A DNA stretch of 61,502 bases, the filler included, from Sphacelaria rigidula (Eukaryota): assembly GCA_964200075.2 (NCBI GenBank). It is 5 parts of 5 records of this genome, joined end to end, with 100 filler letters (N's around TTAATTAATTAA, not from the genome) between each part and the next. Parts side by side here need not be neighbours in the genome. Positions count along the whole stretch, not along the records: positions 49,283 to 61,502 come from CAXNAA020003994.1; 4 more parts are not named here. One strand, given 5' to 3'. The first letter of the stretch is position 1, and each line of letters begins with the position of its first letter. Positions 49,283-61,439 of the stretch are shown here, one piece after another. Made by a program: the position numbers and the translations under genes. The notes beneath the pieces are model-generated. The model was given only the letters and a program-made list of their open reading frames with translations, had not been told where the DNA came from and did no database searches.

Positions 49283-50993
49283 CATTGTCTGAAAGAAGTC
49301 GTTTCGGGCAACCGTAGTGCTTGATGTAGTCGTGGACCAATATGTCGGCCGTTCCTGCTGCAGTGAAATCTGCATCGGTTACCGCGTACATGGACGCGTG
49401 GCGGCTGAAGCGGTCAGTGAAGAGTAAGATGTAGCTGTTGCCGCGACCTGTGGGCGGTAGAGGGCCGAAGTAGTCAAAGGACACAAGGTGGTCGGGCGCG
49501 TTGGGGAGTCCCATCGAGATGACTGGCCAGCGGACTGTCTGCCGTGAAGTCTTTCGAGCTTGGCATTTGAAGCATCGCCGAATCCAAAAGCGGGTGGAAA
49601 TTTCCTTGCCAACCCACCAGTAAAAGCGTTCCAAGAGCGCTAGGGTGCGGGTGACGCCAAGATGACAGGACAAGTCTGTGTGGCAGCCTTTGATGACCCA
49701 GGGGCGCATTAATAACGGAACATATATGCACGTGGGTTCGTCATCGAGTAGTCGTGCGTGGCGTCCCGTGGTGGAAGTAGTGATTGCACCTGCTAAAGGC
49801 GTGGGTCGACGCACGAGTAATTGCACACCTTCGTCCGTGGTAAAAATCGTGCCTTTACGCACGAGTTCATATACCTCGGAGATATCTGGTGGTGGCAGTG
49901 TGCCAACAGGAGCCAAAAGTTCGGACGGGAAAGGGACTGGGCAGTCGAGCTGTAAGTAACGGGTGGCTGCGCGACATAGCGGTTCTGCGTTTTGTTCGCG
50001 AGCCCAGTCACGGTGAGAGTACCTGGCGAGAAACTCACGCAGTTGGCCTTCCGCTGGAGAGCCGACAAAACATGTTGGGGTAGGTAGCGGGGGAACAGGT
50101 GACGGGGCAGAAATGCCGACGTCAATCTCCGCCTCGGGAGCGGGGGTTGTCGGTGTCGCCGTTATAAGCGGCGGAGTTGAAGTTGTGCGCGGCGAAGAAG
50201 GTCCGCGGCCCGTGTTGTTTGTTGCAGTATTGTTTGCGGAGCGTTGCGTGTCGGTCCGTAGGGCCGGTTCTGTGTGGCTCGTAGAACTTACAGCTGTTAT
50301 CGGTGGCGGCGGGGCACTTGGGGGGTTGGTGCGGGCGGCAGACCGAGAGTGCGTGTTGTCTGAAATCAGGTGAATAACCAAGGGTGTCTCCGTGAGAAGC
50401 TTGGCGCGAGTACCGAAGGTTCGAAAATCGACAAAATCGGAGGTTGCGGGTTTTAACCCACCCAAGACGGCGTCGTAGGGCAGAGGGCGAGGTCCGCCCA
50501 TGTGCATACCAGTTTCTGGACATTGAAGGTCAAGGGCGTAGACTGGCATCGAAGAACGTCTAATAGGGTAAATCCCAGGTTCGTCGGGTTCCGTTAGACG
50601 GCAAGCCGGGCTGGAATCTGCGGCTGTAGGCGGCAGAGGTAATCGGGAGAGAAGATCGGGGTTCCCGTTGGTTTTCCCTGGACGATGCTTAATGGTATAC
50701 TGGTATGCTGTTAGAAACTCCCACCAGCGTTGTACACGCGTGTTGTGTTCGCCGACCTTGGCGAGTTGCTCGAGTGCCCCATGATCCGTGTAGATTTCAA
50801 AGAGCACATGAAACAGGTATTGTCGAAGGCGCTTAATGACCCAGGTGATAACTCCGCCTTCCAGTTCTAACGGGCTCCAGCTGGCCTCATTGGGCAAGGT
50901 GGCGCGACTGATGTAGAGGAGAGGTCGAACAGAGCCATCAGCCTGAGGTTGATTCAAAACTCCTCCGAATCCGTCTGTGCTAGCCCTGGTCAA
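49283..50993 (-). CDS. pol: Gypsy pol fragment: RNase H, Pro/Thr-rich linker, integrase
   Basis: RNase H: ASTDGFGGVL..NEASWSPLELE..YTDHGAL..HRPGKTNGNPDLLSRLP. Integrase: CH..CHLGVTRT..CFKCQ; SFDYFGPLP..DRFSR..PKRLLSDN. Confidence 0.92.
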
Positions 50994-53195
50994 TGTATAG
51001 ATCTAACGCGACCAGAGCGCTGTAGTGGATGGCATCCTAGGCAGTCCGCGCTCTGCAGGGGGTTCTTGATGGAAAACTTTCCAGAGAAGTCTCGAACCGT
51101 ATGCACTTGCCAGGTGGCCTCGTGGGGAGCGAGAGAAAGGTCGGGGGTGGCTGCAGGGGCGGCATTGAGGAAGCCGATATCTTGTTTGCGGGGGATGTGA
51201 TACCCGGCAGGTGGCGAAAATCTTGAGCCTGATGGCGGGGTGTCCACGGTGGTCCGCTGTGCGGGCGGAGAAGGGTAGAGCGACGTGGCGCGTGTGCGCG
51301 AGGCCTGATGTACCGAAAGTAAATTTTTCGCCGACGTGGCGTGCTCCGCGGTACGGTCTATGTGGGCCGCCAGTTCGGCAGTCTCCCACTTCCAGTCCGC
51401 CATTACCGATTGATGTTCTGCTTGAGCCCGAAGGGCGGCGGGGTGCGCTGCTGCGGCGGTAGTGGAGTTCCGCTGCAGATTTGCTTGTTTCGTGGCGTAT
51501 TCCTCCCGAAGAAGGCGGATTGCAGTTTCGTCGGCACTATCTTCGGCCGCGGGAGGCGGGGTCGGCGCCGGGGTGGCAGCTCGGTACAGAGCGATGATCT
51601 CGTCTTGACGGACTCTATCATGCTCGAGAAAGAGGCACTGGAGGTACCCCGTGGGGCAAAACTCCGCGGGAAGTCGCGGCTGCGGGTTGGCCGTGGAGGG
51701 CTTCGCGGTCTGACCGCCGCGAGCGGTCGTGAGTGCTGCCGCAAGCACGGCGGTCTCAGAAGAGACGGCGGTTGTGGCGGCGGCAGGGGCGGTCGACACC
51801 AAAGGGGCAGCCTTCCCGGCGGTCGAGGGTGCCGTAGTGGCGCGCTTGGCAGCTGCAGGAGAAGCCGGAGTAGGGGTCGTTGCCGCCGAAGGCGTAACTT
51901 TTGTCTGTTAGGCCGACATGATCTGTAGAAGGGAGTGTTGTAAGTCCGAGACCTGCTGTTGGAGCGTACGGATAGTAACGGCATCGACAGCGGCGCGAGA
52001 TGGGACATCGCGGTTAGATTGAGCTCGTGTTCGATGACGCTGGGGTGCATGAAAGGAATTGTCACAAAGTCTTTTCAATCGAGGAAGCTGGGTCCGATGA
52101 CAAGTTGGAGAGAATATCTCTGACATCTTTCACATGCACGGTGTTATGATGACGTGAGGGTTGTCGATGTTGCAAACGTCGGGTAGACGGAGCGCGACTA
52201 CCTGTGTGACTGTGGCCGGATGATTGTCTAGAGCCACACGAAGAGCGGTGGCCGTGGCCTGTGCCGTCCCCACGGGAGTGGCTGTCACTGTCATATTCAT
52301 GACGTCGATTAGAAGTAGAATGTTCTAGGGCACGGGCTCGGCGTCCGTAGGGAGCGGAGGATAAGCAAGAGTGATTTCTATCTCGGCTTCCTCGCGGAGA
52401 CTTCGCAGATCGCGTAGGGGTCAAAGCGGTATCAGTGTGGGCTGCAGCAGTCGCGGTACTGCGAGCGCCGCGGGTGACTTGGGCGTAAAAGGGGCGCGCC
52501 TGAGGCTGTGGCGTATCGCCGTAGAAATGTTTGAGCGCTGTGACAAGTTTTACGCCTGGATCGTCAGAGGGGCCAGGTGGAGAATTGACAGAGTTTTGAA
52601 GAGCCGAAATCAGCGCCTCAATCATGGTGCTGTGACCAGATGGCGGGGTGTGGCGTGTTGGACTCTCAGATGTCATCAATTGAGGGCTGCCAGCACGAGC
52701 AGCACCCGTAGACGGTTTTCGAGCTCCGGAAGCGGATCGCTTCGTTTCCGAACTGGACGCTATTACCGAAACCGCCGTCCGAGGCTCAACTGAAGGTGTC
52801 TCTTGAGCCACAGATCCTAAAACGGCATCCGTGGGAGCATGCCTCAGCAAAGGGGGCGCACCGGCGCTAGCCGGCATCGAATCGTCACGGGATGGTACAT
52901 CGTGGAACGGTATCGGAACTTCACGGGATGTTACATCGTGGATTATGGGGGTTGCAGTCGCAACCGCTGCAGAGCCGTCACGGGATGTTACGTCGTGAGG
53001 CCTGCTCGTACTTGTAGACTGCTGGTCGTCAAGTCCCGTAGGTGGCGCAGTGCTCTTCAGATGCTGGTGAAGAGCGGATAGTGGAGTATCTTCCTTCCCA
53101 CTGTGGCGGGAACGATTCAAAGTTTGACTGCGTGTACGGTGAAACCGTTTGTCGCTCGACCCCGGGGAGGAAACGGGGCTAATGGGTTGAAACAT
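50990..53195 (-). pseudogene. Disrupted low-complexity gag-like ORF of element 2
   Basis: ORFs 52062-53195, 51908-52126 and 50990-51802 are linked by a frameshift and a stop. They contain coiled-coil segments and lie upstream of pol. Confidence 0.6.
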
Positions 53196-55479
53196 TCTGG
53201 GGGAAGGAGGAGTACAGAAAGATCGAACTTACGGTCCGACAAGTCTAGAACAGCAATAAGACGATTTGGCCCGATTTACGCAAGGTGCGCAATGGCGAGC
53301 AGGTAGGAGCAAGGACAACCTGTTACCTGTACGTCGAAGGACCTGTAATTTCTGCGCCCAGGCAATGTGGTGCCAGTAAAGACAGAACAAATATTTTCTG
53401 CACGCAGTCAACTGCTGTGCCGCGGCGCGGTGTCAAACAGGTAGAAACAATGGCAGCCTCCTGTCTGTACCAAAAAACCTGTGGCGGTAAATACAGAAAA
53501 ATAATGTATGTACGTAAGCAACGCTTCTACGAGTATGGTGTTGCGCAATGATGTGCGAGTACACTAAAAAGGGGCAACATAACTATAGCAAAAATGACGG
53601 GTATCAGAAGGAGGTCAAGATGCCAAAACGGATATACATCCGTTGTAAAGATATACGTGGGCACCGGATGGCTTTCGCACGGGTGTTTCACGCAAACAAC
53701 CCGTGAACAAAAGGTGCGGTGGGCGGTGTACAATGTTTTTGATGCAAAGCGAAATGTGGCCTGGCGAGAGTCCAGGTCAAATACAGCAGCTGGCTATGAG
53801 CAGCGATGCACTTGGTGCAGCGTTTCCTGCCACAACCTGTGGTAGAGGGTCTGTCCTGTCTAAAAGAGCAAAGGGGCGGGGCGACAAAGCTAAAGACGCG
53901 CACCAGTGAAGCCGGCGCGCGTAGCCGTTCTACATGAACAAACAACGGAAGGGTGCTTGTGCAGATATAACGAAAGTGCAGATGCGTACCAAAATATGTG
54001 CACAAGTCGTGTAAACGACTGTTGCAGCAAGCCGCTAGTCGCAAAAGGCTGCAAGGCACAGATACTATGTACGGTACACACACGGAGAAAAGCTTATGCA
54101 GTAGCTAAGAACTGACTATGAAGCAAGCGGACGCAACTAGCTCCGGCGGGGGCGCTACAAATAGATTTGACTACTACTAACGAAAACCCAAGGAAAGGAG
54201 GGAACGACGGTACCTGTAAATGCAACCCAGGACTGCGACGGGGACGTGAAGCGATTCGATGAAAACAGAGACCACTCCGTTGTGAAAAGGGAAACACAAC
54301 CGCAAGGGAAGATATTCCGTAGTCGAACGCCAATGTTAAGAGGTTAGGCCGCGTGTATAAGGAACACGAGTCGGTATGCAATACTCAGTCAGTAGACAAG
54401 ACAAGAGCCCGACAACGGGCTCTGCAATCAGCAGAGTGCACGAGGTTGTAACTCCTGTTGATGTGTTCAAGATATTCTTTGATCTCACGTGTAGGTTTAG
54501 TATATCTCTTCGTCAAATGCTTGGTCTCAACCTTCTTCTGCTTATCCAATCTCTCACGTTCAATCTCTCACGTGCACTCAATAATCTCACCGATGCTTAG
54601 CTTCCTTGCAGAGAGCTTGGTGGCAAGTAGTAGTAGGAACGATGGGGGGGTGCTCGGGGGTGACAGACAGGCATCCCCTCGCTTTATACCCGTTCATACT
54701 CGTATCGAACAACTCTGAATAGACCTGCAGTTCTCGAGATACTCTTAGCCAATAACTGTCTAGACTCATTGACGGGTCTGAGTGAGATAACAGGCTAATA
54801 TGCTCCTTCATGACACTACAGTGAAAAATGACGGCATTCTTCGAGGTATAACGTGACTGACAGCTAGCGGGCAAGACCCTAGCCGGCTCGACTTGTTTGT
54901 TCAGTAAAATATTCTGCGTCTAGTGACGTTGTGTCAGTTCTTTAATCAGTAGGTGTGAAGAACGATGCTGGCCGTAAACGGAACAACGCCTGGCGTTTTG
55001 CGGTGATCTCTCACTCGGATGTATTTTGCTTTCCTTCCGTGACAGTAGCAGATTCGTACATCGTGATTGGTCAACACCAACGAGGCAGAATGCAATTTCA
55101 AAACCAGGGATGTTGTGTAGGTATGTTGATAGTCGGCGGAAGCCCCGGTACTCGCTGCATCAATATATTCATGATTGGCGCTTTTTTGTTCCTCAGTTGT
55201 ATCGAATTAAACCGTTGATTTCTCCTTCGAGGGAACACGGCCGACCGTGCCAGGACATACTTCCGTTATCCTCTACTACTACACGCGGTAGGGGTTTAAT
55301 AATGACTACTCACGACAATCTAAGTACACGTTGTAGCTTGCGCTAGGATACGCAGACACAGGAAACACACACAAAATCCCTTCTACCTACAAGTAACTCG
55401 TAAGTCCAATCATTTCATATATGAAGCACAAATCTGAGACTTGCTGCAAATATAAGAGTAGCATTAAAAAAAAAATCAC

Positions 55480-55631
55480 GTGTGTCCCTCCGTCATCTGA
55501 TCGTGGAAGTTGACCGGACATGTGCCGTCCAACTGGCACGCCAGCGAGTAGTGTGCTCGGTCGTTGGCGGCGGTTTCGTACTGGTGGAAGCGGTTGAACA
55601 CGTCCGTTGCGGTCTGGTACTGACTGTACAC
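55480..55631 (-). CDS. Isolated candidate exon of an unknown gene
   Basis: Pyrimidine tract plus CAG acceptor; open frame VYSQYQTATDVFNRFHQYETAANDRAHYSLACQLDGTCPVNFHDQMTEGH; GT donor. Confidence 0.35.
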
Positions 55632-57747
55632 CTGTCGTTCATGAAGACAGATTGAAGTGAAGAGGAAGGCAGCGGCATCAGAGGAACCGACAACTTTCTG
55701 GTTCGGATGCTGACGGAAGGGCGATGGTGTTTGTTAATTTCGAAACGTCCACACCGCCAACATCAGCAGTTAGTTGGATGGTTAGTTGGGCCAAGAGCGC
55801 TGCTAATATTGTTGTCGAAAAAGTACGCAGACAGTACTCATGGGTTGACAACCGGTATAATTAATTGATCATTTTAGACGTGAACTAACAGTTGTTATCG
55901 AGGCAAGGTACACGTATTTCAGCGCGAAAATCACAAAGAGGTAATTGGGGCACAATAGAATGATCCGAGGGCATTCTCTGGAACGTTTGTTTTCGAAAAA
56001 TATCTTCAAGAACACAGGGTACTGTAGCATGTGCAAAGTGGGGATTGTATTTTATCCAGGACATGCCTGCAGGCAACACAGAAAGCGAGCGCTTGACACC
56101 GGTGAAATCGAACTTACCGTTCAAGGTGAGATACTTACGTAATGCGTCCTCGGTGTAATACATTACCTTCGTTGTGGGGTATATGTCCTATCTCCGTAAC
56201 GGAGGCGCTTTCGATGCCATGAAAAAATGAACGCACTTCGATGCTCATGGGAAAGCAAAATCCAATTCAAATTCGTTGAGAGTTCTAGGGTCGAAATTAC
56301 CTACTTGTCGACCACTTTGACCCATTTTGGCCGGCATTTCGACGATTTTGGCTGATGTTTGGCCGGAGCAATGCTACGGTAGGGGTGCGCTTTTTGCGCA
56401 AAACCTTGTCTGGTTCAGGGGCTCCTGACGATTCTGGATGCACAAGAATATGGTTCAGGGCAATTTCCGTGTGCACATTCATTCGGGATATCCCTATTAC
56501 AGCACATACATTGGGATAATAATCCTGGCGTACTCTCACATATAGTTCATAAGTAAGTCGTGTTTTGGATGAGATAAAGGGATCTTAACAATTCTAACCT
56601 CAGAAAATGTTTGTACATCTGTATCGTAGCATCACTTGCCGCAAAGCGTCGAGTACAGATCGTCGAACAGCTCTGCAGTGTCCGAGAAGGTAAACCCTTT
56701 TTCGATGAACGAAGGAAGCTCAAAAATAATATGTAAATTTTTCGTTTTTTGGCCATTCTGATGGAATTTCCAGCTTTTTTTGGGTGTACTCATGATCATG
56801 CATGCCATTGTCATCTGACCATTGACCTCGCCTTTTTCGGGGGGGGGGGGGGGGGAGGAGCAGCGAACACAAACGAACGAGAACGGCTTTCGACTCAAAA
56901 CAACGCCGTAGGACGAAAAACAAATGATTGCCTTTTGAATCAGACACGGTCAAGGGTCCGTGTATACGTAACCAAGCAGTTCACTTACGACGGGACAGAG
57001 GCAGCATACTCTGTGGACTGGACAGGCGGCACTTTTTTGCAGTTTCATGAAGTAGCAATCATCACCCGGTTGGACGTTATGGTTACAGCTGTTTTCTTTA
57101 TAACATAATAAACACTGTTGTTACGGTACAGACTGTACTAGTGTCTGGCGAGTGCAATAATGCAAACTAACTCTCGAGCATCATCATCATTGGTTCGAAC
57201 GATGATTCAAAATCTTTCGACCAATCAATGCAGGTACTATGTGGTGATTTTGTCGACCTATGGATACATACGGTGTCGTAATAGTATTCTCTTTAGGATC
57301 TAACGCATCGGGCCCCGGTGGCCTCATGGTTCGACTGACGCCGTTAGAATGCAGAGAACTTGGCGTCGATGCCCGATGCGTTGGGTTTCTTCTTTCAAGT
57401 ATCTGATTTCCACCGTCGATCGAAAGCGTGAGTACGTCAGTAAACAAAGAATTTCTCGACAGAGTTTATTTGACGAGAGTTAATGCGGTGCGGGAGTGCA
57501 GACCTAGTCCGCGAGACAAAAAATGCAAGGCACATACCGGGGGAGAGATGAGTTGATCCCTTGAGACCACGGACTCATCCCGAGGAAGGGGAGGGGTTCA
57601 AAGTGCGAGGGAAAAAAAGAATGCAATAGGGATCGACGGGTTGATCCACGGTTGATCCCTTGAAAACACACGGACTCGTCCCGAAAAAAGGGGAGGGGTT
57701 CGAAGTCGGCAAAGAGAAAACAAAAAAATAGAGCATCGCAATGGTGG

Positions 57748-57795
57748 GGTCGAGCGGCCGAGTGGTTCAAGGCGCTGGTTGAAGACACTAGTTCG
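57748..57795 (+). pseudogene. 5' half of a tRNA-Leu-like sequence (truncated tRNA or SINE head)
   Basis: GGCCGAGTGGTTCAAGGCGCTGGTTGAAGACACTAG: Leu/Ser-type D arm, anticodon stem CTGGT/ACTAG with loop TGAAGAC (AAG). No T arm. Confidence 0.6.
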
Positions 57796-58175
57796 TTTTT
57801 GTTTTCTTGTCTTTTTCTAAGCCTGCCGTGCCTGTTCTATCTTTTGTGGTTCCTTTAAGTTGCGTTCAGGGAGTGTTTCCGCTTTGCTTGCCTTGGGTAC
57901 GTCTATAATATCATGTGGATAATGACCGCACGGCAGGGCCCGTCGGGAATGGGTCAACGTAGGACAAAATCAACCAATCAAATCGAATGCACAGTAGTGA
58001 TATTATTGCATATCCATTCGTTTTTGAAAATGTGTGTGGGTGTGTGAGAGTGTGTGGGTGGGTGTGGGTGTGTGAGTATGCTCTTATTTTTCTCTTCTGT
58101 GCTCTAACGTTTTTGTTTTTCACTTTACTCTGTCCTCTTTTCCTGTCTCTGTCTCTGTCTCTGTCTCATACGTAG

Positions 58176-60297
58176 ATTCTGGGTCGTGTGGCAGGAATTG
58201 GTGTACTGAACCGGACTCTCTTCAACCGGCTGTACCGCAGCGAAGTGCGTTTTCTTTTGTTTTGTCGCACTTTAAACCCTTCCTCTGTCTCGGGAGAAAA
58301 TCCGTGATCTCAAGGGATCAACCCACCCTTCCCCTGTATAGTAGTATATTGCCTAAAGTGGAATTGGGCCTTTGATAAATAATTCCCTCCTTGTGGCTGA
58401 ACTACTACATAGACGGCGGCAGCATGACGTTAATTTTAATCCATCACCTGGTCATTCACACGTTGGGGCTCGAGTCGTACTACTGTACTAGATTTTGAGT
58501 CCCCACATCGGGCTCACGGCTCAACTTGGATTCCTTTGAACAGCCGGGCTGTACCACTACATGGGCATGAAAGCGCACGGTTCCATCGTACAGTAGGAAT
58601 CGGTGTGCGTAAATCCGGTACGTGCCTTCACAAATCAGGATAATAATACCTTCACAGCACCGCCGGGGCCGTCGACTGCGACTGTAAATACCTGTGGGTG
58701 GAAAGTAGAAGCGATGTTTTGGCCTGCCGACCAGTCGAACACATTGTAACCGGCTCCTGTGACCAGGGCCAGCAAGTCGTCTCTGTCTTCCAGTTCCCCC
58801 TCGAAAGAGCTCAGGACCTGCGAGGGTTCATGACGGCAGCGCAACCGGTCTCCATTTTGGATGGCACAGCGGTGAGTTCGCCACCTCCCGAAAATCGGGT
58901 GCGTGCAGCAAGAGCACTGGGAAGATATCCTTATTAAGTGTCTGTTTGCTGCATGAATCGCGGAGGGTTAGTAAGTGGATAACGGCGTTTATCAAGAAAG
59001 TTAGGCGAGATATGACGGTGCGAGTCGTGGAAAAATCATATAGGCACCGCGTGCAGATTGCTCGGCACTTCCGATTCCCCTCAGGCATGCACACTTGATG
59101 GGACGAAAGAGTAGTGACGAATATCGTGTCCCGAATCTCGATACATCTACCCCGATATATCCACGATATATCATACCGATATCGCAAAAAAATGCGCGAT
59201 ATCTCGATACCATATCGTCTCTATCTTGTATCTCGCGATATATCGCACGTATCTCGCCATCAATCGTGCAATACCTTATTATATCACATGATTTATCACG
59301 GGATGCACACGATATGTCGAGCGTATTCCGTCGCAAACCGTGCGTTATCACGTACAGTGCGATATATAGCAAAATACAAGATACGATGTGTACAGTTTCA
59401 TACGTGGAAGTCAGGTTGGTCCTAGAATCTAGACGTTATGGTGAAGTTCGGAGGCGAGCATCTCGATATTATATCCGATATCGTGCGATATCATGCGATA
59501 CGATATATCGGATATCATATCGATATCGCGAGGTTTTTACAGGAGGTATCGGATATCGTATCCCGTCAAGTTTTCCCCCCTGATACCCACCCCTTCTCAT
59601 GAGTACGTCGTTCGATACGTGTGGTGGCGAGTAATCACCGCTTGTACGATTATTGTCGTTCCGGCTCACGAGAGCATGCGTTTGCGTATCCGCCTCCGTA
59701 TTCCAACTGTTTTGACGGGCTTGAAAAAATCACCACATAATAAATCCCACGATCTATAATATGTATGTGCGTAAATCCATGGCTAATACCTTTCACGAGG
59801 GTCGTTATAGCCCTTCGACCAGCGCGAAGAAAATCGGCCAAGCAAGCACCGTAACATTGCTAACGTTTTATCTCGCGCCTAAGTGTTTACATCTATTTTT
59901 CAAACGGGCTACATTTGATGCCTGTTGTGTAAGAAGGAAAACCGACTCAACGAGTGGAATCAGGTTCACCCAATCCAATCGACCTACTTAGCTTCACGAT
60001 CGAAAAGTAAACGGAGAGAGACAGATTGTCTGCGGAGTATCTCGGTTCCAAGATATCACGGGTCTCACCGCGCTTGTGCTGAGCAAGTCCGGAGTGAGCA
60101 GGGAAACAGCCACGTATTTCGCGAGGCGGGTCTCTACCACCGTCTGCGTTCCTATGAGCTTGTCCGCCACGGTGTCATGGATGGGATTGTCAGCGATGTT
60201 CGAGCAATTACTTCGGTCTTCCGGGGACCTGCGGGTCCAAATCGAACACACGGCGTTGAAGCCCGGGCGGCGAGGGGGGCACACAGTGTCGCAGTAG
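58176..60297 (+). CDS. 3' exons of a spliced gene of unknown function
   Basis: Candidate exons ~58176-58244, ~58658-58871 (..FQFPLERAQDLRGFMTAAQPVSILDGTA|GTGAGT) and 59991-60297 (TAG|LHDRKVNG..HTVSQ*). The last junction is phase-0 compatible. Confidence 0.5.
59082..59582. mobile_element. hAT-like MITE packed with CGATAT/ATATCG motifs
   Basis: Imperfect TIRs CAGG-N7-ACTTGATGGGA / TCCCGTCAAGT-N7-CCTG. Degenerate 8-bp flanks ATTCCCCT / ATACCCAC. Confidence 0.7.
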
Positions 60298-61439
60298 GGA
60301 TACGCATCGTGGGGGCCACAGGAGATGGGGTAATAGAAAACAGTGAAACACCTCGCACGCGCACAATATTCGCGTCATTATAATACAAGATGAGGGAAGC
60401 TTGAATCAAAATCGTATGGCATTTGTTTTAGGGGGTGGGGGATCGTTCATTTTCGCTACATTCTATCGCTTGCAAAGGGGTTGGTGTTTACGTCCTTGAC
60501 GGTTCTAGACGGCGTACACCAAAGCTCCATTTCCCAGCCGGAGTGGAGGGAGAAGCATGTGAGGCATGCTCGTACAACATAGCTCTGGCTTATCGTTCAG
60601 GCGGTGTTGGGCGACATCCCGCACGGCCGGTAATGGACCTAGGCTGATGTCCTTTCGGCTGTCACGCGTTTTCTTACTACTTCAATAGCCCTCTCTACCT
60701 CCCGAAAGCTGGGCGAATAAGCTGTTGCGGGTATTTTTGTTGTCGCAGTTTGAATCCTTCCTCCTTCCTCGTGACGAGTTCGTGACCTCAAGGGACCAAG
60801 TCGCACATTGAAAGGAAGAATATCAAGCAGCGGTAACCACTCGAATGAGCGAAAGAGCTCAATCCATCGGGTTGCCTATTACCAAGCGTCGGGTCGTTCA
60901 ATCCGATGCCTTCGTCCGTATCTCAGAGGCACGGCCGTGCAGCCCGCATTAGGCCTCACCCATTCGACGTTGTCCAGCGACACGGCATGGGTGCGCGAAT
61001 GATGTGATTGCTAGCTGTGGCGTCGTACGTAGTGTATCGTCTAAAAACGTTGTATTCATTGAACCTTCTCCTAGCTGGCTTATCATCACGTGGTCACAGC
61101 CTTGCACTATCGTGCAACCTCCGTCTGGGATACGAACCATTCCCTGGACATGAGTTTTTTTGTAAAAAAACAGTATAGACTATAGCGTCCGTTGCAACAG
61201 ACGATATATTCCATACTGTACGCAGTACATTTTTTTTACACTGTAACCTGTTGTCATTACCCAGGGTGTGATTAGAATATCCACCTAGCAGCTAGGATAC
61301 CCCGGAGGAACATCAACATCCCAGATGGATCTTCTAAATCGACATCCCAGATGGGCATCCATGATGGATATCCACACACCAGATGAATATCCACATACCA
61401 GATGGATGTTCACACCCAAGATAGACGTCCATAACTCAA

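Larger units (their letters stand above)
49283..54820 (-). mobile_element. Ty3/Gypsy LTR retrotransposon 2; lacks PR/RT and is cut off by the contig end
   Basis: RNase H-integrase order in ORF 49283-50993. Upstream gag-like ORFs at 50990-53195. Candidate 5' LTR TGTA...TACA at 54447-54820 with a minus-strand TATAAA near 54683-54688; the LTR limits are tentative. Confidence 0.85.

Noticed and set aside
57545..57590. Hammerhead ribozyme suggested by GATGAGTCCGTG on the minus strand
   Set aside because: No CTGATGA core and no GAAA after stem II.
57748..57795. Functional tRNA-Leu gene
   Set aside because: No T arm, B box or 3' acceptor strand.
48906..60297. Gypsy 2 inserted in the tyrosinase gene, with downstream exons completing it
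   Set aside because: They are separated by an artificial linker, and the contig-5 exons lack the DP.F..H motif.
61310..61430. CRISPR-like repeat-spacer array
   Set aside because: Repeats are ~10 bp and degenerate, spacing is irregular, the context is eukaryotic and there are no cas genes.
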